Below, piece after piece: positions 46,967 through 52,006 of a stretch of DNA of 52,006 bases. The position numbers were made by a program, and so were the translations under genes. The stretch covers positions 1 through 52,006 of the forward strand of contig CAWHOE010000030.1 of the NCBI GenBank assembly GCA_963830915.1, given 5' to 3'. The first letter of the stretch is position 1, and each line of letters begins with the position of its first letter. A model generated the notes under the pieces. The model ran no database searches, was not told the origin of the DNA, and saw only the letters and a program-made list of their open reading frames with translations. Source of the DNA: a candidate division FCPU426 bacterium. GTDB lineage: Bacteria > Oederibacteriota > Muellerivitia > Muellerivitales > Muellerivitaceae.

Positions 46967-47755
46967 TTGATGTTATCGGAATTGAAAGTTTATTGGGCGA
47001 CCTTCAACGCTTCCCTCCAGGCCAAACTGGAGTACAAGCTGGACTTTGCCCTGGGGTTCCTCACCTCCACCATGCTCCAACTTTCCTCTTTGGGATTCCT
47101 ATGGGTCATTTTTCATCAGACCTCGAACCTCCAGGGCTGGAACCAGATGGAAGTTCTTTTCCTCTTTGGACTGACCGCCATGGCCCTGGGAGGGTCGGAA
47201 CTGCTCTTTAACCACATCTGGATGGTGCCCTATTACATCGTGATGGGCGACCTGGACCGTTTGTTGGTCTATCCGGTCCGGTCCCTGCCATTCCTGCTCA
47301 TCTCACGCCCTGAGCTCCATTCCTTCGGCAACCTGACCACGGGATTGATCCTGACCTCGTGCTGTCTCTGGACCCTTCATATGCCTTGGTGGGACTGGGC
47401 CCTGGTGCCGGTCTGGGCCCTGAGCGGGGCTGTCATCTACACCTCGGCTCTGGTCATCTTCTGCAGTCTGTCCTTCAAGTTCGTGGGGCCCTATAGCTAT
47501 ACGCTCATGATCCCCCACACCCTGCTTCAGGCCAGCCGTTACCCCTTGAGCATCTACCCCGCCTGGGTCCACTACGCCCTGCTTTTCATCGTCCCTTACG
47601 GGGCCTTTAATTACCTGCCCGGGAACTGGGTTTTCGCCAAGATGCTCACTCCCTGGTGCGCCGCGGCGCCGCCCCTGGTAGCCATTTTGGTCAGCCTGGT
47701 CGCACAGAAATGCTGGGATTGGGGTTTGACCCACTATCAAAGCACCGGTTCTTGA
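46967..47755 (+). CDS. ABC-2 family (DUF990-like) permease
   Basis: LEYKLDF, GWN, GDLDRLLVYP, RYPLSIY, C-terminal YQSTGS. Confidence 0.9.
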   Translation: MMLSELKVYWATFNASLQAKLEYKLDFALGFLTSTMLQLSSLGFLWVIFHQTSNLQGWNQMEVLFLFGLTAMALGGSELLFNHIWMVPYYIVMGDLDRLLVYPVRSLPFLLISRPELHSFGNLTTGLILTSCCLWTLHMPWWDWALVPVWALSGAVIYTSALVIFCSLSFKFVGPYSYTLMIPHTLLQASRYPLSIYPAWVHYALLFIVPYGAFNYLPGNWVFAKMLTPWCAAAPPLVAILVSLVAQKCWDWGLTHYQSTGS

Positions 47756-47775
47756 TCCACAAAAGATACCTAAAT

Positions 47776-47813
47776 AAAAAAACCCGGAGCCCTTTCGGGT
47801 CCCCGGGTTCTTT
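47776..47813. terminator. Intrinsic terminator between convergent genes
   Basis: AAAAAAACCCGGAGCCC-TTTC-GGGTCCCCGGGTTCTTT. Confidence 0.75.
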
Positions 47814-47963
47814 AGATGTTTGCTCCCCAATATCCAAAGCTTATATAAGTTTCTTTATACCGGAAAGAGACTCATACTCACCAGGAGCGATCTTCTCTTC
47901 CTACTTACTAGACGGTAATAGAGGGTTTTTAATCCAAAATATTTTAAAAAAAATTCACTCTTA

Positions 47964-49439
47964 TTACTGGTTGTAATGGCTGAGCCATTCCCTCAATTTG
48001 GTATTACTGGGATCCATTTCCAGGATCTTTCGGTAGGCTTCCAAGGACCTGTCGAAATACACCCGGCCCAGCCTTCCCCAGGCTTGCTTGAAATTAGGGT
48101 CTTTTTTGGTCGCTTTCAGGTAATAATCCACGGCTTCTTGGTATAAACCGGCGGTTTCCTTCTTTAATCCCATCTCGAATAGCTGCTGGGCGGTCATGTC
48201 ATCGTCACTGGTCACCTGGAAATTCAACATCAGGGGTTTGGCCTGGGAATCAGCGGAAGCGGTGGTTCCCCCGGTGACACCTCCGGATTGGGCCGAGCTG
48301 GTTCCGTTTAACTGGGGCGCGGGAACTGTGATCGTCACAGGCGCGTAAACGGTAACGGGTATATAGCGGGTCATGGTTTGGGTTGTTTTGGGATTTTCCA
48401 GTGTCAAAGAGGACTTCTCAAATGGCGGGAATAAAAGGGTCATGGAAAGACGTTGGACGTTCCCCAGATCCCCCATGAAGGTGAAAGCGTAATCCACTTG
48501 GAACTGACCAAAAAGCGCCCCAACGCCGAAATTAGTCCCCTTGACCAACCCCAGGTCGCTGTCCTGGAAGTCGTGGGAATATCCTGCTCTGGCGAAATAC
48601 TTCCTTTCCAGCCCATACTCCGCGCCGAACCTAACACCGCCGATCCCTTGGGCGCCGATATCCCCGTTCATCCCGACGATAAGGGAATGGATCTTTCGGG
48701 CCCCGAAAAAAAACCGATAGGCCGCGCCCGACAACAACTCGGTGGGCAGGTTATATCCGCCTGTCTCAACGCCGATATTCTTCAGGTCCATCCCGAATGA
48801 AAGCTGTGGTGAGGCGTTATAGAACAGGGCCATATCCCAAAGCATACCCGTATGGATCACACCGTCGATATCCTGTCTGATCCACTGGCTCCGTAATCCG
48901 CCCGATAAGTCCTTGACTAATGGGAACCCGATCCCGGCGCTGAAACTGGCGTCAAATGGATTGTAGGAGCCGACCAGATTCCCCGAGCTGTCCCTTTTTT
49001 CGACGCTTCCGTAATTGAGATAGTTGAAGCAGGCGGCCGCCGTTCCTACTCCTTTGAATGGGTACGCGTAACCGATGGTCTCGTAATAACCGCTGTCCAG
49101 GTAGCTGTCATGCATCAGGGCCAGTTCCGGATGCCAGATCTGGACCAGCCCGGCCGGATTATAGTGCATCGCGGATAGGTCGTCGGCGACCGCCGTGAAG
49201 CCTTCCCCCATCCCGACCGCCCTCGCGCCAATACCGGTGGTCAGGATGGGAAAAGCGGTCGAACTTGAAACCTGGGCCCAAACCGATCCTACTGACCCAA
49301 AGACCGCGAGAGCGAACAAGAGTAAGGCTGGGTGGAGATGATGGCGATAGGCGCCCTTCGAGAGGAACGAACACGGAAATATCGATAGACCCGGTATTTT
49401 CACCGTGAGCGTTGGAATGATGAATGGTTTTGGAGCCAC
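47964..49439 (-). CDS. PorV/PorQ-like beta-barrel protein with C-terminal TPR
   Basis: GARAVGMGEGFTAVADDLSAMHYNPAGL, ...VDYAFTFMGDLGNVQRLS barrel end, Thr/Ser linker, TPR (AVDYYLKATKKDPN). Start uncertain. Confidence 0.85.
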   Translation of the reverse strand: MAPKPFIIPTLTVKIPGLSIFPCSFLSKGAYRHHLHPALLLFALAVFGSVGSVWAQVSSSTAFPILTTGIGARAVGMGEGFTAVADDLSAMHYNPAGLVQIWHPELALMHDSYLDSGYYETIGYAYPFKGVGTAAACFNYLNYGSVEKRDSSGNLVGSYNPFDASFSAGIGFPLVKDLSGGLRSQWIRQDIDGVIHTGMLWDMALFYNASPQLSFGMDLKNIGVETGGYNLPTELLSGAAYRFFFGARKIHSLIVGMNGDIGAQGIGGVRFGAEYGLERKYFARAGYSHDFQDSDLGLVKGTNFGVGALFGQFQVDYAFTFMGDLGNVQRLSMTLLFPPFEKSSLTLENPKTTQTMTRYIPVTVYAPVTITVPAPQLNGTSSAQSGGVTGGTTASADSQAKPLMLNFQVTSDDDMTAQQLFEMGLKKETAGLYQEAVDYYLKATKKDPNFKQAWGRLGRVYFDRSLEAYRKILEMDPSNTKLREWLSHYNQ

Positions 49440-49552
49440 CAGTAACGATCCCCCTGGGTCAAAACGATAAAAGACCGGCTATTGGCCAGTCTGTTTTTGA
49501 GTCGCCGAATAGGGCTCCCTCTATTCTTGAACCTCTGATCTTCTCTCCAGCT

Positions 49553-50884
49553 TTACGGCGAACGAATAACCGCGAATTTGTAAGGTTTGGACCTATGGGA
49601 CCCAGAACCGCCCATGGTTTCGACCAGATAATAGTATATCCCATGGGAAAATCCGGTCAGGTCGACAGGATAGGTATTGGCCCCATCCGCCCCGGCCAGG
49701 GGGTAAAGGGTCAGGACTTTCTGCCCAGAAGCGTTGAAAAGGTTGATCTTCACCAAGGCATGTTCGCATAGAAGGCAATAAACGGTCATGGAGTTACCGA
49801 TTACTGGGTTCGGATAGGAATAAGTATTGACCACCCCATTGCAGTTAGTGGTCATTGGGATGAATGGGGTCGTCGTTAAATTGGGAGTCCAGGTCGATGT
49901 CGGGGTAAAAGTGGGTGTTTCCGTCCATGTTTTGGTCGTTGTGAATGAAGGGGTAGCTGTCCAGGAGAAGGTCGGCGTTGGGGTAAAGGGACCGGGGGGA
50001 GTCCAGGTCGGACTTGCCGTCCAAGTAAAACTTGGAGTACTGGTTACGTTCAAGGTCGCAGTGGAGGTTGAGGTAAAGGAGGCCGTAGGGGTATTGGTAC
50101 AGGTCATTGTATTGGTTTTGGTGGGGGTGTTAGTCGGGGTATTTGTTGCGGTGTTCGTGGCTGTATTGGTGGCTGTGTTGGTCGGCGTCGAGGAAATAGT
50201 GGGTGTAGAAGAATAAGTCGACATACTTGTAAAGGTGGGTGAAAAAGTAACCGTAGGGGAAAAGGTCATGGTAGGAAGCACGGGGGTTGGAGTAAAGGTA
50301 AAGGTCGATGTCACGGCCGGGGTGGGAGTGGAAGTAAAAACCGGTGTACTCGCCGCCGCAGGAATGAAAGACACGAAATTTTGAGATTGGGGGGGTGGGG
50401 ATAATGTGCTGTTGATGGAAAGAGAGCTGGCGCCCACTATCAGATAATAGGTATTCCCAGATATCAGATTGTTAGGGATCGTCATATTCCATGTCACAGA
50501 ATAACAAGTTACAGGCGGACTGGAATAGACCCATCCGGATGCCACTGATGTATCACCCGAGGAAGTCCCTCCCACATCGGTCCCGTTCTCATCGACTTTG
50601 AAGAACTGGCCGGCCGCGGGGGCCGTTTGAAAGGTTGATTGGTTGGCGTTGATGGCCGCCATGAAGTTATCGGAGGCGACGGTTATGCTCTCACAGGCAG
50701 TCACGGTCACGCTGATGGATTCACCCAAATACGGAGTTGTGTTGGAAATGTTGACGGTAACGCCGGTCACGGCAGCCCTGGCTCCGGGCACGTGAAAGAA
50801 TATCAAGCCAAGAAGCAAAACGCTCTTGGCCCAGAGGGTTTGGGATCTTTTACCTACTGATATCAAAGGATCACTTCCATTCAC
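49553..50884 (-). CDS. Secreted protein with Thr/Pro repeat linker and T9SS type-A CTD-like Ig domain
   Basis: Signal peptide; about 170 aa of TPT/TNT repeats; YPNP...INLFNASGQKV...GIYYY. Confidence 0.8.
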   Translation of the reverse strand: MNGSDPLISVGKRSQTLWAKSVLLLGLIFFHVPGARAAVTGVTVNISNTTPYLGESISVTVTACESITVASDNFMAAINANQSTFQTAPAAGQFFKVDENGTDVGGTSSGDTSVASGWVYSSPPVTCYSVTWNMTIPNNLISGNTYYLIVGASSLSINSTLSPPPQSQNFVSFIPAAASTPVFTSTPTPAVTSTFTFTPTPVLPTMTFSPTVTFSPTFTSMSTYSSTPTISSTPTNTATNTATNTATNTPTNTPTKTNTMTCTNTPTASFTSTSTATLNVTSTPSFTWTASPTWTPPGPFTPTPTFSWTATPSFTTTKTWTETPTFTPTSTWTPNLTTTPFIPMTTNCNGVVNTYSYPNPVIGNSMTVYCLLCEHALVKINLFNASGQKVLTLYPLAGADGANTYPVDLTGFSHGIYYYLVETMGGSGSHRSKPYKFAVIRSP

Positions 50885-50924
50885 AAATCGATTGGACCGT
50901 GCCGCTTCCGGATGACTCGATTAC

Positions 50925-51510
50925 CTACTTGGGTTGTTGGACCGTCACGACTTTCGAGAGGGTTTTTCCCACGGTCTCCACGACCACCAGGTAATCCCCC
51001 GGCATTACCGCGTTGCCGAACGCGTCCTTACCGTCCCAATCCACTTGGTGATTCCCTGCGCTCCAAATTCCCTCATAAAGATGCCTTACCGGCATCCCAT
51101 GGGGATCCAATACCGTGACTTTGACCGCCTGGGCCTTATCCAGATCGATCGCGGCACGAATAAGCGTACCTTGTGCGGTCTGTCCACCCACGGCTTCCGG
51201 GGTAGGCGCAGCGGTCTTGACCGATCTGGGTTTCTTTTCCTTCACATCCGCCGGATGGTCCGTTACGGCAGAGGAGCGGGCGATTCCTTTGAAATGATCT
51301 TATCCAAAGCCTGGGTTTGGGTTTCAAGATTTACCGTAACGGTTGAATGGAAATGTTTGACACCAAAATAAAGTCCGGCCGCCAATCCGACGGCCAACAG
51401 CAACTTGAGACTGAGCTTAAAGACTGATGACCAGGGAGAGGGTTTATATTGGTTCCATAGACCTTCGATCTTGTCATCCAACCGGGCGGACACCTGATCG
51501 ACCTCTAGAG
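50925..51510 (-). CDS. Membrane-anchored FlgD-Ig-domain protein; 5' end lost at the junction, 1-bp frameshift near 51270-51282
   Basis: TM LLLAVGLAAGLYFGV in one frame; continues one base off as AVTDHPADVKEKK...VRHLYEG...WDGKDAFGN...PGDYLV. Confidence 0.7.
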
Positions 51511-51511
51511 C

Positions 51512-52006
51512 GTGCGCTCCGCCGGCCGGGTCGACTTCGCCGCCTACCTGAAAGCCGTCGGGCTCTTGCATCACAATCCGGGCCTGGTGCTCGCGCCGCT
51601 CTTGATGGCCGTCGCGCAGGTCCTGCTCTTCATGGTCATGCCGGCAGGCGGCGGCGGGCTCGCCGGCATGGCCAACTCGGGGATCGCCTCGCTGATCGCC
51701 CAACTCCTGAACTCGTTCGGCCTGGCGGTCTCGCTGATCATGGCCGAGAGCCTGTGGCGGCGCGGCAGCGCACGCTTCGACGACGCTTGGGAGACGGCGC
51801 ACCGCAACGCGGGCGGCATCCTCCTGGCGGCGATCGGCTACAACTTCGTGACGTGGATCGCGGCCTCCTTGGGCTCGCCCATTCCTTTCGGCTCGCTCGT
51901 CCTCGGGGTCGTCGCGAGCTTTTTCTTCATCTACACCGTGCCGGCCGCGGCGATCGGCGGTGTCCCCGGCGGCGCGGCTCTCCAGGCGGCGCTCGAGCGT
52001 GCCAAG
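51512..52006 (+). CDS. Partial multi-TM hypothetical protein in high-GC DNA of apparently different origin
   Basis: Open frame to the window end: VRSAGRVDFAAYLKAVGLLHHNPGLVLAPLLMAVAQVLL...FFFIYTVPAAAIGGVPGGAALQAALERAK; strongly GC3-biased. Confidence 0.75.
   Translation, partial: MRSAGRVDFAAYLKAVGLLHHNPGLVLAPLLMAVAQVLLFMVMPAGGGGLAGMANSGIASLIAQLLNSFGLAVSLIMAESLWRRGSARFDDAWETAHRNAGGILLAAIGYNFVTWIAASLGSPIPFGSLVLGVVASFFFIYTVPAAAIGGVPGGAALQAALERAK

Noticed and set aside
47850..47925. Possible fourth micro-element copy (TATACCGG...CGGTA)
   Set aside because: Only a short partial match; the second hairpin, the CA boundaries and the host repeat are missing.
49850..50350. Non-coding DNA repeat array
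   Set aside because: The periodicity is explained by the Thr/Pro/Asn linker codons of the secreted protein.
51263..51802. 179-aa minus-strand ORF as a single gene
   Set aside because: It spans the compositional junction. Its first half is the antisense of the plus-strand high-GC gene.

Overview
Bacterial chromosomal segment of moderately high GC, mostly transcribed on the minus strand. Positions 5.9-29.4 kb hold a complete dcw cluster (mraZ, two STAS genes, rsmH, ftsL, ftsI, murE, murF, mraY, murD, a small ORF, ftsW, murG, murC, murB, ddl, ftsQ, ftsA, ftsZ) that continues into a polysaccharide deacetylase, an amidase and pgeF. To its left are an Ogg1-type glycosylase, a catalytically degenerate NtrC-like regulator, a REC-Fis regulator, HU and a partial GT-C membrane glycosyltransferase. 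Upstream of mraZ is a lower-GC accessory patch with a membrane protein, a Cys-rich HNH nuclease and three phased CCGG-rich tandem arrays. The right half carries glpK, ArnT-like and GT2 glycosyltransferases, hisN, a cupin, pfkA, two FKBPs, an lsrF/Zn-dehydrogenase operon, an ABC-2 exporter, and PorV-like, T9SS-CTD-like and FlgD-Ig genes. The gene style suggests a poorly studied lineage such as candidate FCPU426 (inference only). Five genes have single-base frameshifts, at least four in short homopolymers, probably long-read errors. The last ~500 bp look like DNA from another organism. The most novel signal is a 71-79 bp double-hairpin element with a conserved CGGTATAGT(A/C)CCGATT core. It is inserted three times, each time at a CA dinucleotide inside an arm of a dispersed intergenic palindromic repeat.
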